64,000 nucleotides of DNA from positions 10,976,001 through 11,040,000 of the forward strand of contig NC_058369.1 of assembly GCF_018350175.1 (NCBI RefSeq), in the 5' to 3' direction. The notes under the pieces are model-generated. The model saw only the letters and a list, made by a program, of their open reading frames with translations, searched no databases and had not been told where the DNA came from. Both the position numbers and the translations under genes were made by a program. Each line of letters starts with the position of its first letter. The stretch's first letter is position 1. The stretch comes from Felis catus (lineage: Eukaryota). Positions 1-13,444 of this stretch are shown piece by piece.

Positions 1-98
1 CAGACTCTTGAAATATAGAGAATAAATGATGGCTTCCTCAGAAGAGTTGTGCAGGGGGATGGGTGAGAAAGATAAAGGAGATTAAGGGGACACTTATC
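1..98 (+). mobile_element. L1 3' UTR fragment, resuming at ~1565-1680 after a nested L1 insertion
   Basis: Carnivore L1 3'-end motifs; ACACTTATC duplicated at ~90 and ~1567. Confidence 0.6.
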
Positions 99-901
99 TT
101 TTTTTTTAATGAAGTTGTAATAGTTTATTGCCGCTTTTGTCTCCCTTGCCTCAGGAGACACATCTAGAAAGAATTTGCTAAGGCTGATGTCAAAGGAGGT
201 TACTCCCTGGGTTCTCCTCTGTGATTTTGATGGTTTCCTGTCTCGCTTATCGGTCTCTCATCAATTTTGAATTTACTTTTGCATGTGGTGTAAGAAAGTG
301 GCCCAGTTTCATTCTTTAGCATGTTGCTGTCCAGTTTTCACAGCAACATTTGTTGAAGAGACTCTCTCATTCCCATTGCATTTTCTTTCCTGCTGTGTCA
401 AAGACTGACCACAGGTTGTGGGTCTGTTTCTGGGTTTTCTATTCTGTCCCATTGTCTACGTGTCTGCTTTTGTGCCAGTACCATACTGTATTGATCACTA
501 CAGCTTTATAATATAACTTGAAGTCTGTAATTTTGGTGCCTCTAGCTGTGCTTTTCTTTTTCAAGGTCACTTTGGCCATTCAGGGTCTTTTGTAGTTCAT
601 CAACACAAGAAACAACAGGCATTGGTGAGGATGTGGGGAGAGGGGAACTCACTTGCACTGTTGGTGGGAATGCTAACTGTTGCAGTCACTGTGGAAAACA
701 GTATGGAGAGCCCTCAAAAGAGTTATAAATAGAACTACCCTATGATCCAGCAATTACACTAGTAGGTATTTACTCAAAGAATATACAAAAATACTAACTC
801 AAAGGGATACATGCGCCCCAGTGTTTTTAGCGGCATTAGCTACAATAGCCAAATTATGGAAGCAACGCAAGTGTCCATCAACTGATGAATGGATAAAGAA
901 G

Positions 902-903
<2 letters not shown>

Positions 904-942
<39 letters not shown>
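904..942. repeat. (GT)n microsatellite within L1
   Basis: Direct observation. Confidence 0.95.
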
Positions 943-946
<4 letters not shown>

Positions 947-1086
947 GTAATATTACTCAGGCATAGAAAAGAATGAAATTTTTCCATTTGCAATGGCGTG
1001 GATGGAGCTAGAGAGGATGACACTAAGTGAAATAAGTCAGTCAGAGAAAGACAAATACCATATGATTTCACTCATATGTGGAATTT

Positions 1087-1090
1087 TTTT

Positions 1091-1123
<33 letters not shown>

Positions 1124-1281
1124 CATGAGAGGTGGAGAGGGGCAAGGAAACAGAGCGGATCTTAAGCAGGCTCCACACTCAGCACAGCACCCAATGCAGG
1201 CTCAATCCCACAACCCTGGGATCATGACCTAAGCCTATAACAAGAGTTGGAAGGTCAAATGACTGAGTCACCCAGGTGCCC
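1087..1281 (-). mobile_element. Can-SINE (tRNA-derived) inserted in L1
   Basis: SINE head on minus strand, (GA)n and T-tail; TSD CTCATATGTGGAATTT at 1071-1086 and 1282-1297. Confidence 0.9.
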
Positions 1282-1724
1282 CTCATATGTGGAATTTAAG
1301 GAACAAAACAACGAGCAAAGGAAGAGAGAGAGAGAAAAAGAGAGAGAGGGGCAAACCAAGAAACAGACTCTTAATAATAGAGTACAATCTGATGGTTACC
1401 AGAGGGGAGGTAGGGGGAGATAGGAGGTGGAGATTGAAGATTGCACTTGTTGGATGAGCATCTGGTATTTTATGGAAGTGTTGGATCACCAAATTGTACG
1501 CGTGGAACTAATATTACACTGTATGTTAATGAAAGGGAATTTAAATTAAAACTTTAAAAAGAAAGTACACTTATCCTAATGAGTACTAAGAAATGTATAG
1601 AATGGTTGAATCATTATATTGTACCACTGAAACTAATAAAACACTGTATGTTAATTACACTTTGGTTAAAAAATTTTTGAGGGAAAATAGATTTTTTAAA
1701 AAGACAAAAATAGATTTTTTAAAA

Positions 1725-2040
1725 AGATTGTCCAGGTGGGACTAAGGTAACCATAACTGTCCTCCAAATGTTACAGAGGGAGACAAAAAGTTGGTGTCAC
1801 AGAGACTTTGAAAATGCTACCCTGCTGGCTCTGAAGGTGGAGGAAGAGGTGGCCAGCAACAGAGACTGCAATAGATTCTCCTCTGAGCCTCCAGAAGGAT
1901 CTCAACACTACAGACATCTTGCTCTTACCCCGATAAGACTCCCTCCAAGCCCTGACTGCAAAACTGTAAGAGTGTGTATGTATTTGTTTTAAGCAGCTAG
2001 CGTGGGGATAGTTTACAGCAGCAGTAGAAACCTCATAGGG
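1725..2040 (+). mobile_element. MLT1-like MaLR LTR remnant
   Basis: MLT1-type motifs GATTCTCCTCTGAGCCTCCAGAAGG, TGTTTTAAGC, ACAGCAGCAGTAGAAAC. Confidence 0.7.
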
Positions 2041-3317
2041 ACATAGTCAATAAAATTCTTTGCAGGAACTGAGTTTAAGACTCAATTCTCTCATCAGCTT
2101 CCCTTGGATAAGGGTAATTGATATCAAAAACACAGTAGGTAGAAAGGAAAAATTAAATCGAGTTGGAGATATTCTGTCCCATTAGCTGGTAGAGTTAATT
2201 AATTCCTCAGGGCATAAATGTGAGTATGGTCTATGAGGCCTTTGAGCCAGTAAGACAGGAAGGAAGTCTGGTCAAACTTAAAGTCATTCTTTGTCATTTC
2301 AATGTTTGTCTGTATTTCTGCATCCTTTCATTTCATGTTGATGCAACCATTTCATGTGGATTCTTTTCAGTGCCATCTTCCCCAGTTCTCTGTCAGGTTT
2401 CCTTCCAACATAAAAGATGAAATCATAAATACATCTATCTGTGTGTGCATATGCAACGACTGAACTTATTTGCAAGAAAAATGTATGCAAACACACACAT
2501 ACCCAAGACACAACCATTACCCTAAAATGTTTTCTTTGAGGTCAAAAAAGAAGTTCCACATATTTTATCATTCCCAGCAATGTCCATATGCAGGTATGTT
2601 TCGAATCCCACATTACCATCAAAAATAGGGAATATGATGCCCGGGATGCTTAAATTTTTAGTAATTACCTAACAAAGCAGTTAAAGCCTATGTAACAGTC
2701 TTAAGTTATACACAAATAGAAACTTGGACTGAGTACTCTTCATTTTTGTGTAGTTCCTTTAATTCACCAAAGTGTACACTTTACATATGCAGGTTAGTGT
2801 GTACAATTATACTCCAAAGATTTAATTCAGTGGGAAAAAATCTAATGTTGCATAGCTAAGGGTAGGATCTGGAGACCAGGTAGCTGATTCTCACTTAAGA
2901 GGGGTGGGAGATAGCACTTCTAATGAGGAAGAAAGCCAAGTGTTAATATGGGTCTATGAACTATGGAATTACATTAAGTAATTCCCACAATAAACAAGTT
3001 TTTTCTGTAAGTAGAAGATTAACCTCCATGTACAAATGTAGTAACAAGAGCCTGTAAATTGACTGAAGACAGAAGAGCACTACAGCCAAACACAACATCA
3101 CACATGAGCCTTAGAAACACAATGTAGAGATTCACACCTGACCCCAGACCCATGAGGAGCCCAGCAGAGATCAGAAACGCTCCCCAGCATATGATTCCAT
3201 TTGATTGTAAAGGTATAATGATATCTCATTTGACAAGGACAGCATGTTATACAGCAATAGCTGACTGACACAATAATCCAAGCGAACAGACCTGAGTTCT
3301 GACCTGAGAAAATGTGA

Positions 3318-3525
3318 TTTTTTTTAAGTTTATTTATTTATTTTGAGAGAGGGAGGGTGGGGGAGAGTGATGGAGTCACAGAGAGAGAGGGAAAGAGAAT
3401 CCCAAGCAAGCTCCATGCTGTCAGCAGTGGAGCCCAATGTGGGACTGGATCTCATCAACTGTGAGATCATGACCTGAGCTGAAACCAAGTGTCGGGTGCT
3501 AAACCAACTGAGCCACCCAGTGGCC
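3318..3525 (-). mobile_element. Can-SINE
   Basis: TTTATTTATT tail, GATCATGACCTGAGC, CTGAGCCACCCAG. Confidence 0.85.
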
Positions 3526-4119
3526 TCAGAAGATGCTGCTTTTTATTTGTGGCACCTGATCTGACAATTGAGGAGCGCAGTCATGATCATTCTGTTATTC
3601 TAGTTTATTTCCAATGACTTTATGAACAAGTGACTAAACCTGGGCTCCCTTCTGGGTAACTGGGAGCATTTGAAGGACATGCATATTTGTGCAGAAGAAC
3701 TGGTGACCATGAATCAGATGACCGTCAGAACATCCAGCTCTCATGTGAAGCATCCTCTGGTCATGCAGGTGGAAGAGATTTCCGTGCAGGAAGGAGGTAC
3801 GAAATGGATGAGGCTGATACTGTTCGTTTGCCATCCCTTCACATTGGTGACAAATACTAGGAAAAGGAATCCTTTTGTGTAACAACAGAGTCATATTAGC
3901 AGGTAGCATTGGAAGTTTTCAAGCAGAAACAGGAACATAATTTGGTGATAAAACATAGAAGACACTAAACATTCCTGCACCCCAATGAATAAACCCCCTT
4001 AGTTGTGGACACCAATCTTCCACACTTCAATAATTAGATGCACAGCATGAACAAGAAATACTTCGGATAGTAACAAAATAGGTAGTTTGAAATTTTGTAC
4101 CCTCGTATTTCTTAAATTG

Positions 4120-4980
4120 TTTTTTTTTAATTCTAGTGTAATTAACATACGGTTTTATAACAGTTTCAGGTGTACAATACATTGATTCCGCAGTTCTATA
4201 CATTACTCAGTGCTCATCATGATAAGTGTATTCTTAATTCCCATCACCTATTTCACCCATCCCCCATGCACCTCCCTCTGGAAACCACAACTTTGTTCTC
4301 CATATTTAAGAGTCTGGTTTTTTGTTTGTATCTTGTTTTTCTTTATTTCTCTGTTTTGTTTCCTAAATTCCACATATGAGTGAAATCATATGGTATTTGT
4401 CTTTCTCTGACTGACTTATTCCACTTAATTTATACCTTCTAGATCCATCCATGTTGTTGTAAATGTCTACATCAAATTAAAATCTTTTGTGCAGGAAAGG
4501 AAACAATCAACAAAACAAAAAGACAACGTATTGAATGGGAGAAGATACTTGCAAATGATGTATCCAACAAGGGATAAATATCCAAAATATATAAAGAACT
4601 TATACAAGTCAACACCAAAAATTAATAATATTTCAATTAAAAAATGGCCACATGACATGAACAGACTTTTCTCCAAAGAAGAAATACAGACAGCCAACAG
4701 AGACATAAAAATATGCTCAACATCACTCATCATCAGAAAAACGCAAATCAAAACCACAATGAGATATCACCTCACACTTTTCAGAATGGTTAAAATCAAA
4801 AACACAGGAGACAATAAGTGTTGGCAAGGATGTGGAGAAAAGGAAACCTCACATACTGTTGGTAGGAATGCAAACTGGTGCAGCTTGTGGAAAACAGTAT
4901 GGACATTCCTCAAAAAATTAAAGATAGACCTACCATACGATCCAGTAATCTCACTACTGGGTATTAACCCAAAGAAAATG
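4120..4980 (-). mobile_element. 5'-inverted truncated L1 (3' end minus 4120-4465; inverted ORF2 C-terminal piece plus 4466-4980)
   Basis: T-tail and L1 3' UTR on minus strand; plus-strand ORF 4489-5007 contains the L1 ORF2 C-terminal region ([22 protein letters not shown]). Confidence 0.8.
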
Positions 4981-5109
4981 CATCTTCATATTTATGGTCA
5001 TCTCTGACACTACGAATATATTAGGTCAATCTATTTATTCAAATTTGTCTTTCTAAGTACACTCCACTGGGAGATCTATATTTGATCACCAATTTTTGCC
5101 AGTGGTGGT

Positions 5110-5520
5110 GGTGGCATTCTAGACACCTAGGTGAATGCTTCTACTCACCAGAGAACTACTCAGAACACACCCAGCCTGAAGCACCTCTTCAGAAAGCCGT
5201 GGGTAACCTACATACTGACACATGAGTGACCCTGATTTTCCCTTTCTGTGCCAGAATTTCTGTTTTAAATTTGTCAACAAAGAGGGAACCTGCAAACCCC
5301 TAGACACTCTGACCAGAGATCCCAATAAAGGCAGGGCCTGCCATTGTGGCCTTTCTCTCTCTCCTTCTGAATTTCTGTACGGTCCCTCCAGACCTTTCTG
5401 CCTATTCCTTGCAGAGACTATAAGTAATAAACCTTGTTTTTTTAGAGTTCTCTGATAGGTGTTGCGGAGGTGTGCCTTGCAATCACAGTAAGTACCCCAA
5501 GGGCCAGTGCAGTCACAGCA
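5110..5520 (+). mobile_element. Probable ERV LTR remnant
   Basis: LTR-like order: CCCAATAAAGG, pyrimidine-rich tract, AATAAAC; boundaries uncertain. Confidence 0.4.
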
Positions 5521-5869
5521 TAGGCTCTGGTCAGGGAAATGTCTGTGGGCATGTTCATAAGCACATGGGCATAGGAGAGTGCCTGGGCTTTCCTAGCTTA
5601 GGCATTGACGTCAATAGCCTGAGGCTTAGAATGAACAGTGTTAGAGTCCACATTCTCAGGAAGAGTAGTTAAGGTAATGATATAAAAAGATTGACAGACT
5701 CAAGGTGAACACTGTGGTGTTGTATTCTCCCAGACAATAGAATTATGTAAACGGCTTAGTGGCCAAGGGTAGTTTTCTTCCATATGAGGAATGATTATTC
5801 TTTTGGGAAATCTACCTGGCATGATAGAAGTCATTTGAAATGAAAATATTTTTAAGAAATCCAACTTCT

Positions 5870-6130
5870 GAAAAATAAAAAAGACAGAAACGAGAAGGAG
5901 GCAAACCATAAGAGACTCTTAATGATAGAGAAGAAAGTGAAGGTTGCTAGAGGGAGGTGAGTGGGGGGATGGGTTAAATGTGTGATGACCATGAAGGAGA
6001 GCACTTGTAATGAGTGGTAGGTGTTGCATGTAAATGATGAATCACTAAGTTCTACTCCTGAAACCAATACTACACTATATGTTAACTAACATGAATTTAA
6101 ATAAAATCTTGGAAAGAAAAAGAAAAAGAA
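5870..6130 (+). mobile_element. L1 3' end fragment
   Basis: GCAAACCATAAGAGACTCTTAA, GAATCACTAA, A-rich tail. Confidence 0.85.
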
Positions 6131-6437
6131 ATCCAACTTTCCCATTGTAAGATACAGAAATTTCTAGGCATTTGTGACCCAAGGATGGGGTAAACTTTGG
6201 GAACTTATGAAAATGGACAAAGGATAAAATGTATATCAGACAGATCAGAAGCTTAATAAAGTGAGTTACATAAATACATAGAGAGGTTGAAATCAAACAA
6301 ATGGAAATTCCAGGAAATAAATAGAAGGAACAGATTCTACTTCCCCAGTCTGATCAAGGAACAGCAGTTCCATCCAGTCTCTGAGGCTCTGAGTCTTGCA
6401 ATCATGGGCACATCTTTAGCCCCAGGACAATGGGCCC

Positions 6438-7370
6438 TTACATCACTGGAACCCCAATGATTCTTTTCAAAGCCTTCTTTATGTCTTTGTTCCTCAGGCT
6501 GTAGATAAAGGGGTTCAGCATGGGTGTGACCACCGTGTACATCCCTGAGGCTGTTGCACTTGACCACGAGCTCTGGGTAGCAGCAGAGCTGAGGTACACT
6601 CCTAGGACCGTACAGTAAAATAAGGAGACAACTGAGAGGTGAGATGCACAGGTATAAAATGCCTTATACTTGCCCTGAGCTGATGAGATCCCACGTATGG
6701 AGGAAACTATCTTATAATAAGAATAAAGGATCCCAGCTAGGGAAGCACCGCCCAGCAATCCAGCTGCAAAATGCATCACCATGTCGTTAAGAAAGGTGTC
6801 AGAACAGGCAAGTTGGATCATCTGATTGAGTTCACAAAAAAAGTGGGGGATTTCCACCTCTATACAGAAGGACAGCCGCAACAGCATTGAGGTTTGTAAT
6901 AATGAGTTCAGGGTGCTCACCATCCAAGACACCAGAACAAGCAGTCCACAGAAGATGGGTTTCATGATGATCGCATAGTGCAAAGGGTGACAGATGGCCA
7001 TGAATCTGTCATAAGCCATCACAGCCAGTAGAAAGTTGTCCAATCCAGCAAAGAGTAGGAAAAAATACATCTGTGTGATGCAGCCTGCATAAGTTATGAC
7101 TTTTCTCTGAGTCTGGATGTTCACCAGCATCTTTGGGACAGTAGTGGAGGTGAAGCAGATGTCTACAAAGGATAGGTTGGCCAGGAAGAAGTACATGGGG
7201 GTGTGGAGATGGGAGTCAGAGCTGACGGCCAGGATGATGAGCAGGTTCCCAAACACAGTGATCAGGTACATGGAGAGGAAAAGCCCAAATAGGAGGGGCT
7301 GCAGTTCTGGACCCTCTGAAAATCCCAGAAGAAAAAATTCTGAAATTTGTGTGTCATTTCCTGGTTTCAT
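6438..7370 (-). CDS. Olfactory receptor, family 7 subfamily A-like, 310 aa, intact
   Basis: OR motifs [51 protein letters not shown], and N-glycosylation site NDT. The true start is M38 of the 347-aa ORF (MKPGNDTQ), just after a polypyrimidine tract and AG acceptor (7384-7385). Confidence 0.95.
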   Translation of the reverse strand: MKPGNDTQISEFFLLGFSEGPELQPLLFGLFLSMYLITVFGNLLIILAVSSDSHLHTPMYFFLANLSFVDICFTSTTVPKMLVNIQTQRKVITYAGCITQMYFFLLFAGLDNFLLAVMAYDRFMAICHPLHYAIIMKPIFCGLLVLVSWMVSTLNSLLQTSMLLRLSFCIEVEIPHFFCELNQMIQLACSDTFLNDMVMHFAAGLLGGASLAGILYSYYKIVSSIRGISSAQGKYKAFYTCASHLSVVSLFYCTVLGVYLSSAATQSSWSSATASGMYTVVTPMLNPFIYSLRNKDIKKALKRIIGVPVM

Positions 7371-8565
7371 GTACTGGAGGTGACTACCAGGGAACAACAA
7401 CAACAAAAAAATAACATGACTAATTTTCTCAATAATGAACATTGCAAATATCATTGAAATGCTACAATTCTTATTTTGCACTCAAAAGTGAATATCCATC
7501 GTTTTTGTATGGAACTTGTCCCCTCTCAGCATCTCCATGCCAGCTCTGAATAGGTATTCACTTCCCATACTTAACATTTTCCCCAAGTGCTCGTGTTTTC
7601 TTTACTTTTAATGAGAAATTCTGTCATGCATTTGAGGAATAGCGTTGAGCACTGACTAACCTTCACGCAAAGTGTATAAGTGTCAAGACACAAAAGCCTG
7701 GAGGGTTCAGTGATGGAGAAAGGGGATAAGCAAATAAAGACCAGATAAAATATCAGGGGTGACAGGTGCCGTGAAGAAAAACAAAGCCTGTGTAAAGGGA
7801 AGCGTGGATGGAGGGATGGCTCTTCCTGGTTGTTCGGACACACCGGCACACATGTAAACAGAGCCCTCGAGGAGACAGGAGACACAAGGTCCTCTGGGGA
7901 AGAGCGTGCCCGTCGGAGGGAACTATGAGTGCGACGGCTCTGAGGAAAGACGTGGGTTTTTCTAAATTAAGTTTTTAAAGCATGAGGGTGGTCGACACAC
8001 CAGGTCACGTTAGTTTGGGGGGCGCCACACAGTGATTCAACAAGTGTCAACATCACGCCCTGCTCACCAGGCATGGAGCTGCCATCTGTCACCACACAGC
8101 CTGTGACAGCATCACTGCCAGTATTCCCTCCGCTGGGCCTTTACCTCCTCTGAGTCTCCCCTTCCTGAACATGGAAGGAATTCCTCAACCGGAAGCCAGT
8201 GTCTCCCACTCCCCTTCACCATCCTGCCTTTTCTTGTTTGCATATTGTGTTAAAGACCCAGGCTCAAAAGAAAGCCAGTGTGTCCAGGGGAAGGAGCGAT
8301 AGGAAGACTGATGAGAGGTGGTGGCAGGGAATGTGGAGGAATGAGGTGGCCTCCCGGACACTGATGAAACTTCCTGGCACAAGGAACCCCTCCTTCACAT
8401 GGTGTTCCTGCACTTTATTAATTTCGTTTCCAAGGAATCTTTGAATAGAAATAGGCACCCTTCCTATATTCATTGTCGGTAGTAATCTGGCACCTGTATT
8501 TTAAGGGTCACGTATTAGAGCTATGGGTTTCAGGACTTCTCCTTGAGAACCACTATGTCACACGT

Positions 8566-8567
<2 letters not shown>

Positions 8568-8603
<36 letters not shown>

Positions 8604-8617
8604 ACATACACACACAC
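8568..8617. repeat. (CA)n microsatellite
   Basis: Direct observation. Confidence 0.95.
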
Positions 8618-9601
8618 GCTATAGCCTCCTATAGCTATTCTCACCTATGGCCACAATATTATACAAACAATGATACAAGGCAGGCTGTCAACATCAGATT
8701 GTCTTTCCTCTAAAGATGTAAAAATGTGTCCAAATTCCATGAGCATGTAAACATGGGTCTCCATTTTAATAAGATCATTTCATGTCCAGTGTTTAAAGAA
8801 AACTAAAAAATCAAATTCAAAAACTGAGAGCAAGAAAAGTGGGGAGAAAGATCTGATGAGCTCAGGTGGCCCCTAGCGATGGTGATGAGAAAGGTGTCCC
8901 TGGTTCTGGTGACACCCCAACCCAGGTACATCTCCTTGATGCCTAGAATAATAAAGCAGCAAAAACGATTGATCCAAAAGAAAAAGTAGGAATGTCTTCA
9001 TGTTATCAAGACATCCCACCAGAATAACAACCAAGGAAAGACACCAACAATTACAAAAGGAAATGCACAGAGTAGAAAAAAATGGGGGATTTTCAAGGAT
9101 TATTTGCTTAAAAAAACTTTTTCTAAAAAATATATAATTCCAAACTTGTATAATCAGAAACTTGGGTTTCAAATTTGGAATCTACACATATTTGCTCTTT
9201 GAACTTGGAATAGCAACAAATCTATTTTCATATGGCCCAGGAACAGATGAAGCTGGCTCTTTCCTCACATTCCTTTGTAATTCCTGGGCTTTGGGTTTTA
9301 ATCTCTTTTTTGGCAAACTCATCGGGCAACTCTCCTCCTGTTTCTGATTTTTGTCCAACGTGTGTAGGCATCCCTACAGTCTACCCTATAAAATCCTGTA
9401 CGTGCCTCAAAAACCTATTTCCTTTCTTCATCTGTATATCCCTGAGTACATTATGTCACACACACATTTATGTCACCCACTCTACTTTCTTCATCTAATG
9501 TAAGATCCAAATGAGCAGGACCTCACCTCCTTTGTTCATTTTTGCCATTTGATAAAGGTGTGCATTGAGATAGAAACACACTTCTAGAAAATGGAATTTA
9601 T

Positions 9602-10345
9602 TTTTTGAGGAACCTCCACACTGTTTTCCAGAGTGGCTGCACCAGTTTGCGTTCCCACCAACAGTGCAAAAGTGTTCCCATTTTGCCACATCCTCGAACC
9701 AGCAATAGCACTACTAGGAATTTATCCAAGGGATACAGGAGTGCTGATTCATACAGGCACATGTACCCCAATGTTTACACTATCGACAGCACTATCGACA
9801 GTAGCCAAGTTATGGAAAGAGCCCAAATGTCCATCAACTGATGAATGGATAAAGAAGATGCTGTATATACATACAATGGAATCCTACTTGGTAATGAGAA
9901 AGAATGAAATCCTGCCATTTGCAGCAACATGAATGGAACTGGAGGGTATTATGCTAAGTGAAATAAGTCATTCAGAGAAAGACAGGTATGATATGTTTTC
10001 ACTCGTATGTGGAACTTGAGAAACTTAACAGAAGACCTTGGGGGAAGGGAAGGGGAAAAATAGTTACAAACTGAGAGGGAGGGAAGCCAAACCATAAGAG
10101 ACTCTTAAATACAGAGAACAAACTGAGGTTGATGGGGAGGTAGGAGGGCAGGGTAGAGGGGAAAATGGGTGATGGGCATTGAGGAAGGCACTTGTTGGGA
10201 TGAGCACTGGGTGTTGTACGTAAGCGATGAATCATGGGAATCTACCCCCAAAATCAAGAGCACATTGTACACACTGTATGTTAACCAACTTGACAATTAA
10301 ATTAAATTAAATTAAATTAAATTAAATTAAATTAAATTAAAAAAA
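9602..10345 (+). mobile_element. 5'-inverted truncated L1 with (AAATT)n tail
   Basis: Inverted piece 9602-9696, sense 9697-10345; TSD AGAAAATGGAATTTAT (9586-9601) vs AGAAAGTGGAGTTTAT (10346-10361). Confidence 0.88.
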
Positions 10346-11789
10346 AGAAAGTGGAGTTTATAAAATAAAAAGAATAGCAGGAGCAAGAAAACCAGGATAA
10401 ACATAGTGGATTCAAAACAACCTTGTTAATTGAAATTGAATTTTAAAAGACTGTCTTCTGCAAGAAAAGATAAAAAATAACAATAATTTCATCGCATTAA
10501 CACAGGTCTCTATATCAAAATGGAATGGGCAACAACCAAAAGCAGATATGAAAATATAATTTATAACCATCATTCATTTAAAAGTAGTGCAGGGAGCATT
10601 ATCTAAAATTATAATTTCATCCTATATAACCATAAGTGGAGTCACACATTCTTGTGACAAAGATATAAGTTGAATGCAAGAGGAATTCATGTTTCCACAG
10701 GATGGTAGAAGGATGATTGCCAGCTCTGAGAAGGAATCTAATCACAAGAAGCAAAAGATAGTGAGGAATCACAGATGTGAGGGAAGGTGGCGATACATAC
10801 AAAAGGCAGTTTATTACCACAAGGCACATAAAAAGCAATGGGTGGGAGACAAAATATGACTGATAGACTTGACCACTCAAAGTTTATAAACTCTCACACC
10901 ACCCAGAAAATATATCTGTACATACATACAAGAATTAAACAGCAAATAGCAAACTTGGCTTAAAATTTTGCAATTATTTCTTTTGTTTGCTTCATGTTTT
11001 TATTTACATTCTAGTTGGTGAGCCTATAGTTTAATATCGGTTGTAGGAGGAGAATTATTCGTTGAAAGAACGCAATCAAAGAGCACAAGGAAAATGATTC
11101 AGCAAGAACAACAAACAAACAAAAGCAGGAATAAGAATGTTCAGACCCCAGGATACAAGGCAAAGAACTTTCCCAAATAAGTTACGACAGAGAAAGTAAA
11201 TGGCTAACGAACCCAAAAATATTTTCCGGCTCCAGGTAATGAAATAAGTGGAAAATAAACCCTCTAGCATATGCCTGTTTGTCTTTTAAATAAAAATTTT
11301 AAATGAATACCTAATGTGAGAGAAGATTCTGTGAAATGTATGTCTTCAGAACTGCAGTTGCAAGATCGTGGCTCCCTCCGTTGGTCTGGATCTTTCTAAT
11401 GGATACAGAATATGCTCCAATATACCCCATCTTAAAAATATTTTTTAAATTCCCTCACTGCACTGCAATGCTCTCCATACCTAATAGTGTTTTTTCATAT
11501 TCCCTTTAACTACAAAACTCCTTGGAAGTGTTCAGATTTTCCCGGGAGTCAGCATCCCCATTCCTTCTTTAGTATCATCCAATTGGACTTTTATTCCCAC
11601 CACCTAATTGTGGAAATAGTCCTTGCATCTCCAAGTTCACCAGACATTTCTTTTTTAAACATATTAAATAAATTGATTATAAATGAATGAATTCACCACA
11701 CCAGCTTTTCTCCAGACTAGGCTGGTTAGGCTCTCAGGTGACCTCAGGTAAAAGCTTTCAGCTTCCATTCTCTCTGAACCTTTCCTGAA

Positions 11790-12210
11790 GTACCTGCTGA
11801 GATCTGAGACCCACCTGGATGGGGTCTCTGAGAGGAAGGTTTCCATGTGGAAGTCCAAATTCCTCCCCATTGGTTGATGATGGAAACCAAAGCTCTGTTC
11901 CCAGACCGCAGGAAGGAGTGAAGCATTGGTCCCCAAGCCAGACTTAGGAATCCAAATGCAAAAACCATGTGTCCTCCAGCTTAAGATTGGAGCAGGGGGT
12001 CAGGGGCTGCAACTGAGGAGATATTTACAGCTCCTTATGTTTGCTGTATCTGCTCCCTATACCTGCTCATTAGACACATTTCCCATTATTACTTCAACCC
12101 CTGAGCACATCTCCCTAGGGGAACTTATATGGACAGAATGGAATTTTTTCCTGTAGATTCTCTGTTCCCAAGAGATCAGATTAGAATCAAGCATATCCAA
12201 TTTTTATTAC
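11790..12210 (-). promoter_or_regulatory. Probable promoter plus non-coding exon 1 of the 6438-7370 OR gene
   Basis: Paralogous to three other upstream blocks. O/E-like TCCCTAGGGGA (12112-12122) and TCCCAAGAGA (12166-12175); TAATGAG (12066-12072, minus); TGTAAATAT (12021-12029); donor CAG|GTGGGT at 11815/11814. Confidence 0.65.
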
Positions 12211-12534
12211 CCTTCCTTGAACTTTCCTGGCTTCCAGAGCTCTAACATTGAAACTTTTCACAGCCCTAAGTGAAAGGTTTTTTTCCAAATCTAAAACTCA
12301 GGAACTTGTCTTGACTATGTCCCTTGGTTCTCCAAAACAATGACTTGTGGTGGGAACACAGCTCCTGATAGCTCTAGAAAAATCCCTATTCCTTCTTCAA
12401 CAAGCAAAGGTGTGTTCCTTTCCTATACAGTCATGGGTACAACAATCCTTGGCTTCCTAATTATTTTGACAAATCAGTTAAGAGTTTGTATCTTTAATAC
12501 AGGTTAAAAGTTGACATTTATGAAACATTTGGTA

Positions 12535-13237
12535 ATTCAAGCTATATTTTAAAGCATAGTCATCAGGATAGTAATGTACTGGCACAAAAACAGACACATA
12601 GATCAATGGAACAGAATAGAAATCCCAGAAATGGACCCACAACTATATGATTAACTAATCTTTGATAAAGTAGGAAAGAATATCCAATAGAAAAAAGACA
12701 GTCTCTTCAACAATGGTGTTGAAAAATTGGACAGCAACATGCAGAATGAAACTGGACCACTTTCTTACACCAAACACAAAAATAAATTCAAAATGTGTGA
12801 AAGACCTCAATGTGAGACCATCAAAATCCTAGTGGAGAACAGAGGCAGCAATCTCTCTGCCCTCAGCTGCAGCAACTTCTTTTTTTTTTAATGTTTATTT
12901 ATTTTCGAGAGAGAGAGAGAGAGAGAGAGAGCACAAGCAAAGGAGGAGGGGCAGAGAGAGAGGGATTCACAGAATCTGAAGCAGACTCCAGGCTCCGAGC
13001 TGTCAGCACAGAGCCCAATGAGGGGCTTGAACTCATGAGCTGTGAGATCATGACCTGAGCCGAAGCCGGACACTTAACTGACTGAGCCACCCAGGCTCCC
13101 CTGCAGCAACTTCTTATTAGACATGATGCCTGGAGGCAAAGGAAACAACAACAAATATGAACTATTGTGACCTCTTCAAGATAAAAAGCTTCTGCACAGC
13201 AAAGGAAACAATCAACAAAACTAAAAGGCTGCCTACA
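12535..13237 (+). mobile_element. L1 ORF2 fragment, interrupted by one SINE and truncated at another
   Basis: L1 ORF2 motifs ([31 protein letters not shown]). Confidence 0.85.
12882..13100 (-). mobile_element. Can-SINE in L1
   Basis: TSD CTGCAGCAACTTCTT at 12867-12881 and 13101-13115. Confidence 0.92.
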
Positions 13238-13444
13238 GGGGCGCCTGGGTGGCGCAGCCAGGTCACGATCTTGCGGTCCGGGAGTTCGAGCCCCGCGTCA
13301 GGCTCTGGGCTGATGGCTCAGAGCCTGGAGCCTGTTTCCGATTCTGTGTCTCCCTCTCTCTCTGCCCCTCCCCCGTTCATGCTCTGTCTCTCTCTGTCCC
13401 AAAAATAAATAAATGTTGAAAAAAAATTAAAAAAAAAAAAAAAA
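13238..13444 (+). mobile_element. Young felid SINEC_Fc-type SINE with a 22-bp internal deletion and no TSD
   Basis: Matches the copies at 27587, 40576, 45999 and 56540 apart from lacking TCGGTTAAGCGTCCGACTTCAG. Confidence 0.9.

Larger units (their letters stand above)
99..1560 (+). mobile_element. 5'-inverted truncated L1 (inverted ORF2 piece ~99-600, sense 3' end ~600-1560)
   Basis: Minus-strand ORF2 sequence abuts plus-strand ORF2 C-terminus (..LSEISQSEKDKYHMISL) and 3' UTR; TSD ACACTTATC. Confidence 0.75.

Noticed and set aside
7371..7481. 37-aa N-terminal extension of the 347-aa ORF
   Set aside because: Spans the polypyrimidine tract and acceptor shared by all paralogues, so it is intronic; the OR starts at MKPGNDT.
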